Shown here in pieces: positions 9,440-17,762 of a stretch of DNA of 22,457 nucleotides. The stretch is from Pseudomonadota bacterium. GTDB taxonomy: Bacteria; Bdellovibrionota_B; Oligoflexia; Oligoflexales; CAIMVM01. Location: positions 1 to 22,457 of the forward strand of contig JBAXBA010000059.1 of NCBI GenBank assembly GCA_037142195.1, in the 5' to 3' direction. Numbering within the stretch: the stretch's first letter is position 1; every line of letters starts with the position of its first letter. The notes below the pieces were generated by a model that saw nothing but the letters and a program-made list of their open reading frames with translations, did no database searches and was not told the DNA's origin. The position numbers were made by a program, and so were the translations under genes.

Positions 9440-10117
9440 TCCCTATTTGCAGCGAGTGCCCCAAATTTCATATGCGCTAGTGAAGTGAAACTGAAACGCC
9501 AATAATTATTGTGGGCCAAAATCCATAAAACCAGCAATTAACGAAAGCAGATCCCCAAGCCAGAGCATACCCTGCGAATCAGGAGGATTACTTTGAGTTT
9601 AGCGCCTAGGAAGAACTGTACGAAAGCATGTCCACCATGGATGCCTCACAAGGGCAGTCCAGCGGAGCTTTTTATCAAATCTAAGCTTCGGTGACATCGA
9701 TTTAGGAAAGCTCGAGACAAAGCCTGAAAAGCAGCCGAACGCAGTTTTATTCGGCTTCACATCGCTCTTAAACGAAGAGCTTTGGTAACGTCGATGCAAA
9801 TCAATAAGACGGCGGGCGAATGGCAAAATTTAACAAAAAGGCTAAATTTGCCTCCCCAATTTTTAGCGAATTAACTCATATAAGGATAGCGGTATATAGC
9901 ACAGTTGGGAGGGATTTAGCTTGAAATAGGGCTTGAATCCATCACTATTGCAAAATGTTTTTTAGTTTCTGGGATGAAAACCATAGAAAATCTCCAAAAC
10001 AAATTAAAAAATAAGGCATTCCCATTTTATGAAAGTGAGTTTGGCATGAAAATATTTTGGTTTCATTGCCTGGGTGTTTTTTGAAGCGAAACTGCAAATT
10101 GAAATTTTAATTAAATA

Positions 10118-10163
10118 ATTTTGAGGAACTACCCTTTTAAGACCTGGCTCAGTTTCTCAAAAT
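10118..10163. promoter_or_regulatory. Spaced inverted repeat, candidate activator (enhancer) site
   Basis: ATTTTGAGGAACT-N20-AGTTTCTCAAAAT (12/13 complementary), about 100-145 nt upstream of the -24/-12 element. Confidence 0.45.
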
Positions 10164-10260
10164 GTCGCTATCAACCAATGCTCTATTCACCTCAAGAAGC
10201 CAGAAAAACGCTGCTAGGTGTCTCAGATAAAAAAGATTCTCCCACTGACAGAGGTGATTA

Positions 10261-10277
10261 TTGGCATTCAACTTGCT
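10261..10277 (+). promoter_or_regulatory. Sigma54 (RpoN) -24/-12 promoter
   Basis: TTGGCATTCAACTTGCT with exact GG-N10-GC spacing, about 95 nt upstream of a gene with a GGAGG RBS. Confidence 0.72.
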
Positions 10278-10370
10278 TAAGGCTCATTAGTATTGTTTAA
10301 GTCACGTCGGCGAGAACATAAACTAGGTAGCCATGCAGTCGGTTAAAATTCATTAATTGATGGAGGAAGT

Positions 10371-11093
10371 ATGTTGAAGACTTTAAAAACTGTTTTTGGG
10401 AAGACTAGCATTAGGATGATGATGGGGATTTTCTTTGGGGCTACAATGGGCTTTTCCCAGGCTTTGTCCCCTGTTTGTATGGAGCGTCAAAATGATTCTT
10501 ATACGTTAAGATTTCAAGATGAGGAAATTCTCTCAAGGTCAGGTCCTGAAAGACTCGCTTTGAAAAGAATGCTGATGGATGCTTGTCAGGTAAGGGCTTC
10601 CGACTTGGACACTATTCAATCAGTCACTGTCGTCGGAAGTTCGCTTAACTTAAGACCTACCGCAGTTTGGTTAGAGGGCGATTCCTATCGCAGCTCCCCT
10701 CAATATCTGACAAGTCGGGGATATGACCGCCGAAATAGGAATGATCAAGTTCAGTTTCAACTTATGGCTCCAACCTTTGGTCGATTACAAGTCGTTCTGC
10801 AAGGGGAGGTTCGTTTGGCCGCTATTCGAGTTAAGCTAGGACGCACCATATATCCCAATCCAGGCAACCCAACGGAACCAACACAAGTTTATCGTGTGAC
10901 CTGTGAGTCTCATAACTTCGCGCCAAATAGTTGTTATGTGCCGGGATTAAAGTCCGTAAGATTGGTGAGAACCTTATCCAGTTCCGCCTGTATTCAAGGG
11001 ATGTCCTATTTTGTCAATCGCGATGAAATCAATGTCACGAGGGGATGTCGCGCTGAGTTTGAAGTTACCGCATCAAACTACAGACCTAGGTAA
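10371..11093 (+). CDS. Secreted protein with a C-terminal DUF3011-like domain
   Basis: Signal-like N-terminus and Pro/Asn linker (YPNPGNPTEPT), then VTCES....SC...VRLVRTLSSSACIQG..Y......I.VTRGCRAEFEV, the 4-Cys DUF3011 pattern; GGAGG RBS. Confidence 0.85.
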   Translation: MLKTLKTVFGKTSIRMMMGIFFGATMGFSQALSPVCMERQNDSYTLRFQDEEILSRSGPERLALKRMLMDACQVRASDLDTIQSVTVVGSSLNLRPTAVWLEGDSYRSSPQYLTSRGYDRRNRNDQVQFQLMAPTFGRLQVVLQGEVRLAAIRVKLGRTIYPNPGNPTEPTQVYRVTCESHNFAPNSCYVPGLKSVRLVRTLSSSACIQGMSYFVNRDEINVTRGCRAEFEVTASNYRPR

Positions 11094-11116
11094 CTGAATC
11101 TTTCAATTAAAATCTA

Positions 11117-11150
11117 AAACGGAGGTTAAAGGCCTCCGTTTGAATTTTTT
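11117..11150 (+). terminator. Intrinsic terminator, possibly bidirectional
   Basis: AAACGGAGG..CCTCCGTTT hairpin followed by T-rich sequence, between convergent genes. Confidence 0.7.
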
Positions 11151-11256
11151 CAGACTTCGAAAAAAAACTCCTATGAGCCTAGGGAATTACCTTTTTCCCA
11201 ACGGCTTGGTTACTAAAGGGCAGGCACTCAAGTGTGCGTTCATTTGAAGAGATATG

Positions 11257-12561
11257 TTAAAACGGATTGGGCCAACTGTTATCTTGTTCCCCAGTCACTA
11301 CCGCTCGTTGGGCAGAGTCTATATTTCCCAAAATTTCCCGATAAGTAGCTCTTTTGTCGATCAGGCTGCGAATAATTGTCAAGTTACCTGCGGCATTTGA
11401 GCTAAAGTAACTTGGCATAGAGTTTGTAATGACATCAAAAAACTTGTCAGCGCCAAAATCAGGATTAACTGCGGCGTGGGCTTCACGTAGCGAATTATCG
11501 ACGTAGGCAAATGTATCGCAACCATTAATGAAAAAGAGCTGATACTGGTTTGCGGCAAATGTACCCAGGCGAGTCAGAGCGCGAATATTGGCGCCAAGTC
11601 CTGAGTGACCGCTATAGCTAACAAAGTCGGAGTTCCTTGTTCTTCGGCTATAGAAATCAACTTGCTCTGTCGTTAAAGCGCGAATGCCATCCACTAGCAT
11701 CATGCCGACATTTAGGGTTCCGCTAGGAGTCTGAAACACAACTTCGAAGCGATCAAAATCGGGACCAGGTTTCTTTCCGTCCTCAAGTGCTGGCGTTGAA
11801 GAGATAGGTTTCCCGTACTGCTGAGCCAATCCGCTATAGAATGAATTGAAGGCATAGGTCGCAACATCGGATTCGTGGTCATTTTCGGGTTCGTTGAAAG
11901 CAAAAATCGCCGTGACAACTAGCTTGCCATCTTCCCAGATTTTCGCGTACTCAGGTGATTTGCCGGTTGTCTGCTCTAACGAAGGCTCGAAAGTCATGTT
12001 GAATTTGGTGACGACTGATTCACTGGCTACATGCCCAGGTTTCGCTAACAAGCAATTATAAGCGGCCGGTCGATAGTAGTACCAGAAATTGCCCGCTTCA
12101 GGTTCGTGGGAAAAATCGTCACGGCAATCTTCAGCATAGGTTTCCATAAAGGTGTCAATTCCTGCTTCCGTAGGCAAAATAGGTAGGATCAGCGTTAGAC
12201 TTCCGGGGACAGGAGTCCCTTTGTCCCAACTCACAAACATAGTGGCCTGGTAACTAACAGCATAATTTCCATTTGCATCTGCAGCACCTGTGATGCTTTT
12301 GATTGATACTTGGTTCTTACTGAGATCGGCAACGCCATCAAATCCATTGAGTTGGCCAACGGTATAATAAAGCTGACTCTGAATCAGGCCCTTAACGACT
12401 GAGGATTCGCTGCTCGGCGACAGAATTTTGCCTTCGGCAATTTTGCCGTTGAGGGCAATCGAGTAGGCTGCATCATACTTGATGTTGGATGACTGTTGCG
12501 GCTGCATAGAACATGCTGCTATTGATAAGATTGAGATCGCCACTGCTACTAGTAGTTTCAT
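11257..12561 (-). CDS. Lipoprotein with a putative clan CD (caspase/gingipain-like) cysteine peptidase C-terminal domain
   Basis: 434 aa, lipobox IAAC, AGGAG RBS; FVSYSGHSG (H319) and LFFINGCDT (C348), each following a hydrophobic strand. The function is inferred. Confidence 0.8.
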   Translation of the reverse strand: MKLLVAVAISILSIAACSMQPQQSSNIKYDAAYSIALNGKIAEGKILSPSSESSVVKGLIQSQLYYTVGQLNGFDGVADLSKNQVSIKSITGAADANGNYAVSYQATMFVSWDKGTPVPGSLTLILPILPTEAGIDTFMETYAEDCRDDFSHEPEAGNFWYYYRPAAYNCLLAKPGHVASESVVTKFNMTFEPSLEQTTGKSPEYAKIWEDGKLVVTAIFAFNEPENDHESDVATYAFNSFYSGLAQQYGKPISSTPALEDGKKPGPDFDRFEVVFQTPSGTLNVGMMLVDGIRALTTEQVDFYSRRTRNSDFVSYSGHSGLGANIRALTRLGTFAANQYQLFFINGCDTFAYVDNSLREAHAAVNPDFGADKFFDVITNSMPSYFSSNAAGNLTIIRSLIDKRATYREILGNIDSAQRAVVTGEQDNSWPNPF

Positions 12562-12628
12562 ACAACTGATCTCCTAGGATTTCTGAATTTGCGATTTCCT
12601 GAGCACTCTGCCTAGGCTCATCGGTTTG

Positions 12629-12657
12629 GTTGTACGCAACTATTGACGAGAAGTAAA
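12629..12657 (-). promoter_or_regulatory. Candidate sigma70 promoter
   Basis: Minus strand TTTACT-N17-TACAAC, about 68 nt upstream of ATG 12561. Confidence 0.35.
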
Positions 12658-12712
12658 GGTCTGGACAGCCAGTCAAATTTGTCGGCTGAGCAGAACAAAA
12701 TAGCTAGCCGGG

Positions 12713-12789
12713 AGGCCCGAGGCACGGCATTCCATGCTCGGGCCTTGTTTTATCTGTAACTTTCAAATGGGATCGGCATCCATCTGAAA
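12713..12789. other. Two adjacent hairpins sharing a CGGCAT(T)CCAT motif
   Basis: AGGCCCGAG/CTCGGGCCT (9/9, followed by TGTTTTAT) and TTTCAAATGG/CCATCTGAAA (9/10). Confidence 0.55.
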
Positions 12790-13292
12790 TTGTGAGTAGA
12801 GAAATCAAGCTTAATTTAGCAATAATTCCATTTCTCACAACTTGTATAGATCTGTAGTGATTTTGCTAAATTGCCAGTTAGCGCCTATTTTAGCTCCATG
12901 AAGGCCGAAGCAAGTTGCTTTGTCGCAAGGAAGGGAACCCATTCTAATCGGACGCCCAAAACTAATCAGGGAAAGAAGCTCAAGCTTTCTAGAAGCTAAT
13001 ACTTGCACCTTGAGATCAGTGGCTTTCTCTGCCGTCCACTCACCAGAATTGATTTTTTGTTGGGTAGCTTACTAATTGACACCTGGAATAGGCGCCTATG
13101 CACCCTGATAGGTCAGAAACAATTTAGAAACCTCTTCTAAGTATAGCCCTGTACCTATTTTTCTAGTATGATGACAGGAAATCTAACCTAATCTTTGTAG
13201 TAATTAGATTTAGCGGTCATAACTCAGCCTTTTGAGGCGTTGGCGCTCACTGAGCAGACTCAGAAAATACTTCTTGTAGGAAAGAATGCACG

Positions 13293-14222
13293 ATGTCGTT
13301 ATATGGAATGCTTCGAGGAAAAGGTAAAACGGGTTTTGGTTATAGGTCAACAGCTGAAGATGTTACGGAAGGTCTCTCACTGAAGGGGAAGACTGTATTG
13401 GTTACTGGATGCAACTCGGGTTTGGGGCTGGAAACCATGAGAGTTCTTTGTAAGCGAGGAGCTCACGTAATTGGCACTTCGCGAACTTTAGAAAAAGCCA
13501 ATACTGCCACTGGATCTGTAGAAGGAAAGACGACAGCACTTGCCTGCGAACTTTCAGAGCCCAGTTCAGTGCGAGACTGTATCGCTCAAATTAAAGGTAG
13601 CGGAATCAAAATTGACATTATTATTGCCAATGCCGGCATCATGGCGCTTCCAAATTTACAAAAAAAATATGGCTATGAACTTCAATTTTTCACGAATCAC
13701 ATAGGGCATTTTATACTAGTAACCGGCCTTTTGGATCAATTAACAGAGCACGGTCGAGTTGTGATTCTCAGCAGTCAAGCACATCAAGCCGCGCCTAAAG
13801 AGGGCATCGAGTTTGACAACTTAGATGGGAAGCTAGGTTACTCCCCCTGGAGGGCCTACGGGCAATCTAAACTAGCTAATCTTCTATTCGCGAAGGAATT
13901 GGCCCGGAGGTTCGCGGGAACAAATAAGACTGCAAATGCCGTCCACCCGGGAGTCATTCGAACCAACTTAGGCAGAAGCATGAATCCTTTTCTAATCAAT
14001 GTGTTACTTAAAATGGTTGATCCCATATTCCTTAAGACCATACCTGAGGGGGCAGCTACCCAGTGCTTTGTAGCTACTCATCCGTCATGCTCAGAAATGA
14101 AGGGTCAATACTTCGCCGACAACAACTTAGCGACTCCGAGCAAGCTCGGAGAAAACTCAGAGCTAGCCAAGAGACTTTGGGAACGTTCAGAAGAAATTGC
14201 TAGTAGCCTTTTGAACGTTTGA
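13293..14222 (+). CDS. Short-chain dehydrogenase/reductase, retinol dehydrogenase/TIC32/WWOX-like
   Basis: TGCNSGLG, ANAGIM, FFTNHIGHF, LSSQAH, catalytic YGQSK, VHPGVIRTNL, EGAATQCFVA, LWERSE. Confidence 0.95.
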   Translation: MSLYGMLRGKGKTGFGYRSTAEDVTEGLSLKGKTVLVTGCNSGLGLETMRVLCKRGAHVIGTSRTLEKANTATGSVEGKTTALACELSEPSSVRDCIAQIKGSGIKIDIIIANAGIMALPNLQKKYGYELQFFTNHIGHFILVTGLLDQLTEHGRVVILSSQAHQAAPKEGIEFDNLDGKLGYSPWRAYGQSKLANLLFAKELARRFAGTNKTANAVHPGVIRTNLGRSMNPFLINVLLKMVDPIFLKTIPEGAATQCFVATHPSCSEMKGQYFADNNLATPSKLGENSELAKRLWERSEEIASSLLNV

Positions 14223-14422
14223 GATTTTTCTCTGAATTCTATTTCAAAGCATTTGCTATGTATACTAGAGCCTGTCGCAGATAGGTAAATCAAGCTTATT
14301 TTTAGATTACTGCCATTTGTCCTCCTCCTGTACAGATATGTAGTGACTTTGATTACGTTTTTTGTTTCAAACGGATGGATTCCAAAGAAAGCTTTATTTG
14401 CCTTTAGCTTTGAATTTCTAGC

Positions 14423-14514
14423 GCTGAAGCAGTCAACCGAAAAACTACGCAAACTTGATGTGCGCCACGAGGTGCACATCAAGTTTGCGCAAGTTTTTGG
14501 TCAACTGGTTTAGC
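14423..14514. repeat. Long imperfect palindrome with a perfect 16-bp core
   Basis: CGCAAACTTGATGTGC (14448-14463) pairs with GCACATCAAGTTTGCG (14474-14489). Outer arms: AAAAACT/AGTTTTT, ACC/GGT, GCTGAAGCAGT/ACTGGTTTAGC. Confidence 0.9.
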
Positions 14515-14576
14515 TTTTCAAATGGTAAGTCCTTAAATCAAGAAACTCTGATATTTTCAAGAATAGGTTCTGAAAT

Positions 14577-14593
14577 TTGGCATCTTAATTGCT
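14577..14593 (+). promoter_or_regulatory. Sigma54 (RpoN) -24/-12 promoter
   Basis: TTGGCATCTTAATTGCT with exact GG-N10-GC spacing, followed by AAGGAG at 14616-14621. Confidence 0.72.
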
Positions 14594-14645
14594 TGGAAGC
14601 GCATACCTCTAACTAAAGGAGTCGGCTATTCATAAACAAGCAAGA

Positions 14646-15521
14646 ATGAAGAAAATAGCCGACATGAATAGGGGCCGCAGCTTAGTGTCGAGAAGTATGG
14701 GGAAATCTGACATTCTGATGCTGCGCCTATGGACCGCATTGATTGGCCTAATCGGTGTTTTATTATTGGTATATGCTGCGCCATATGAAGCGGTGCGCGC
14801 AAGTTTTGTTGCATTTGCATCTTGGACGACTTTCGAATTTTCTCGCCTCACTCTCGCTCGCATCAAGGGAAAGACCCACCTACTACTAATGATAGCCAAT
14901 CCTCTTCTTACCGCTTTGATATTTGCCGCTGCCACAACTAGAAGTCCAGCGATTCGCCTACCCATCATTCTTGTCGGCCTCATCAGCTCTTCCCTGCTTG
15001 CCGTGTTTAGTGAAGGTTCTATCGAAGAGCGCGCCACGGCTTCCTCTGGAAGCTTTCTAGCCGTTGGTTATACTATTTGCACTTGGCTGGCAGTTTGGAA
15101 TCTCTATGAATTGTCAAAGAATTTACTTATCTTAGTTTTGGGATGTGCCTGGGGAAGCGATACGGGTGCGTATTTTTTTGGCCGGATTTTCGGCAAAAGA
15201 AAACTGGCTCCCGTTCTTTCACCAAACAAGACTTGGGAAGGGTCCATTGGGGGACTCCTTTCCGGCGTTGCTGCGGTGGTTCTATTTCATATTTGGCTAA
15301 GACCACTTCCGGACTGGCGCATCACTTATTGGGTAGCCCTATTGGGATCCATAGCAGCCCAAGCGGGAGATCTCTTCAAGTCTCTTTTCAAACGAAACGC
15401 AGGAGTAAAGGATTCTGGCAAATTACTTCCAGGTCACGGTGGACTCCTCGACAGAATAGATAGCGTGCTACTGGCAAGCCTAGTTGTATGGATGCTAATC
15501 TCGCTATTTCCATCGCTATAA
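14646..15521 (+). CDS. cdsA: Phosphatidate cytidylyltransferase (start uncertain: 14628 ATT, 14646, 14664 or 14697)
   Basis: Multi-pass membrane protein with WGSDTGAYFFGR, KLAPVLSPNKTWEGSIGG, GDLFKSLFKR, KDSGKLLPGHGGLLDRIDS. Confidence 0.93.
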   Translation: MKKIADMNRGRSLVSRSMGKSDILMLRLWTALIGLIGVLLLVYAAPYEAVRASFVAFASWTTFEFSRLTLARIKGKTHLLLMIANPLLTALIFAAATTRSPAIRLPIILVGLISSSLLAVFSEGSIEERATASSGSFLAVGYTICTWLAVWNLYELSKNLLILVLGCAWGSDTGAYFFGRIFGKRKLAPVLSPNKTWEGSIGGLLSGVAAVVLFHIWLRPLPDWRITYWVALLGSIAAQAGDLFKSLFKRNAGVKDSGKLLPGHGGLLDRIDSVLLASLVVWMLISLFPSL

Positions 15522-16350
15522 TGCTTAAAACTAAGCTACTCGGAAAGAAAGCCAGAGATAGCTCACTCAAGGGGATGGAACGTAGCTCAATACTTGTTTC
15601 ATAGATCTCATGGAAATCTATTATGGGCTACACTATCCAGCATTCGGTGATGCCTATAGTGAATTTCTAGAAGAGCCGTTCCCGATTCCTTGTCCCCAAT
15701 ACCGCATCCCCGAACAACTTTGGCGGACATTTTTCAAGAATCCTATCGCAGGTGTTTTCTCGGAAAAACTTGTCTGCTTGCCATGTGCAAAGCTACTTTG
15801 CTTGCCAGAGAATACCCTCGTCATTTGCCCTAAAATTGGTTGCGGTAGAGGTCTGTTTAGAGCTTATATCACCTAGGCAAATAGCCACTTCCTTTAAAAT
15901 CTGGAAGTCTGCCAAATGCTATTTTTATTCGCTTCAAGACTGAGAAAAATGTTGAAATAAAAGCGTGCACTAAAAATCCAAACACCCTTGTCAAACATCT
16001 TTCCTCCCACTTTTGTTTGAAGTACACCAGCGAAAGAAATTTATTAAATTAATATCGCATATGAAATTGCCCAACCTATTGATAATAAGTCTATTTTTAT
16101 GCTGAAATGCCTCTCTTACACCCCGAAAGCAAGATACCTGTTGTGACTCGACTCGGAATTCAGGGACACAGGTGACCTATTTCACTCATCTTTTTGGTCT
16201 TAATAACGTTTTGGGCGCCTGTGCCGAAAAGCATCTCAGGTCTGTGTGTGGTGAGGATACTTATGGATTATTAAGGAACTCGACCCTCCATCCTCAAAGT
16301 TTCCAGTGCGAAGGTCAGAAATCATTGGCACCTATTTCAAAGGATAAGTT

Positions 16351-16866
16351 ATGCAAAACAGAAAGAAATCTTCCCAGAAACTAACCATTTTTTACACTGC
16401 CTTTTTTCTTTTGACAGCTTGCAGTTCCGGTGCCGATTTCAAGGGGAAACCTGCGGCATCTTCGACTCAAAGTACCACATCATCAATTGCTGCTCCGGGT
16501 AGCGACGCCGTTGCTGCCCCGCCGACCGCAGCTCCGACCGAAGCACCGACGGCAGTGCCGACCGCAGCAGCAGAAACAAAGGTTGCGCCTAAATTCCCTC
16601 CTACAGCAGCTGAACTTGTTGTTCACAATGGCCCACTTGAGGACACTGTGGAGGTTTACGTGAATGGTGTTCTCAATGGGAAGGCGCAGACAGGCCATAA
16701 TGTCGTGAGAGTGATTGTGAAAGCCGAAGGCGAGGTACACTACTGGAGTTATAATATTCTCGTCAAGGGAGCAACCATTCTTTCAGAATCCAAAGCGAAG
16801 TGGGTTGATGGGACGATTCCATTCAACACAATTCTTTCTGATAAAACGGTCGAGTTTGAATACTAG
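16351..16866 (+). CDS. Lipoprotein with Ser/Thr- and Pro/Thr/Ala-rich linker and a small beta-rich C-terminal domain
   Basis: AAGGA RBS, lipobox LTAC, low-complexity linker, beta-strand-like C-terminus. Confidence 0.85.
   Translation: MQNRKKSSQKLTIFYTAFFLLTACSSGADFKGKPAASSTQSTTSSIAAPGSDAVAAPPTAAPTEAPTAVPTAAAETKVAPKFPPTAAELVVHNGPLEDTVEVYVNGVLNGKAQTGHNVVRVIVKAEGEVHYWSYNILVKGATILSESKAKWVDGTIPFNTILSDKTVEFEY
16522..16569 (+). repeat. Four degenerate 12-bp coding repeats (PTAA/PTEA/PTAV/PTAA)
   Basis: CCGACCGCAGCT CCGACCGAAGCA CCGACGGCAGTG CCGACCGCAGCA. Confidence 0.9.
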
Positions 16867-17701
16867 AATTGAAAAATACGGTCTTGGATGTTTTTGATTT
16901 GTTAGGTCATTCGAATCAGGCCATTCATTTGGACTTATCATACAAGGACCCCGGACATGACAGTTACAGTGTAGATGAAACCCAAAATATCGCGAAAGAT
17001 GTAATCCACTAGACTTGTTAAGCGGTCTCGTTGGAAGGCATTCCTAGCAATGAATTCATCGAATGATTGTCAGTCAAATATCTTGCCCATGCTCTGATAT
17101 AAATATTCTTCGAAACTAACCCGAAAGTCTCTGAGTGATATCTCTGTGAAAGTAAGACTACCATATAGGATTGACATCGGTGGGTACGGCGAAACTTCAG
17201 TTTAATGCTAAGCGTCGATGACTTCTAAAAAAAGCCTACTGACAATTTTTGAAAGATCGACAACTGCAGTTTTCTGCTGCCTCAGTGAGCTGAGAAAAAC
17301 ACAACTTAAGGACAGTTGTTGCAAATCTATTCAGGCGACGAGCAAATAGTATTACTTGCAAAAGATGATTAATTTTTTTGCGGACCTGCAAATTCTCATT
17401 TGAGATGGGCGCTTTGAGAGACTGGCAAAAAGTTCTGATTTGAAACCTAGGAACCACTACCCACTAAGAAGTATATAGACTCCTTCTCAAAATCATTGGA
17501 AAAGTTCTGAAGCTTCTCAAAGAAAAGCTGCTACTTAAGGCTCGAAGGAGGGACGGTGGACCATCTCCTGAGTGAAAGTATCATTATAGTGACAGCCTCT
17601 TTAACGGAAGCCTCGGGGAAACTATTTGCAAGTTTACGGATTTGGCAGAAGCCTGCAAAGATTTTAGCTGACATGGTCCTGAACTTGGCTTAAATTAGTA
17701 G

Positions 17702-17740
17702 TGTAAGGTTAGGTCGACTTTTTTGTAAGGTTCGTCTGAC
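17702..17740 (+). repeat. Direct repeat with 22-bp period upstream of the AAA ATPase gene
   Basis: TGTAAGGTTaggtcGAC (17702-17718) and TGTAAGGTTcgtctGAC (17724-17740). Confidence 0.7.
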
Positions 17741-17762
17741 AAATCCAAAGGCTTCTCACAAC

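Noticed and set aside
9822..9852. GGCAAA hairpin as a c-di-GMP-I riboswitch; also GTCTAAGG..ACAGCC near 20340-20368
   Set aside because: Each has only an isolated sub-motif, without the complete two-stem architecture.
10041..10057. Extra sigma54 promoter (TTGGCATGAAAATATT); similar TTGGCA hits near 16325 and 17642
   Set aside because: No GC at the exact GG-N10-GC position.
16215..16245. GCCGAAAAGCATCTCAGGT resembling a glycine riboswitch
   Set aside because: Lacks the GGAGA 5' element and a tandem aptamer, and the downstream gene is unrelated to glycine.
17447..17530. Minus-strand FEKESIYFLVGSGS resembling a SIR2-like GxGxS start
   Set aside because: Flanked by stops with no further sirtuin motifs; too short to support.
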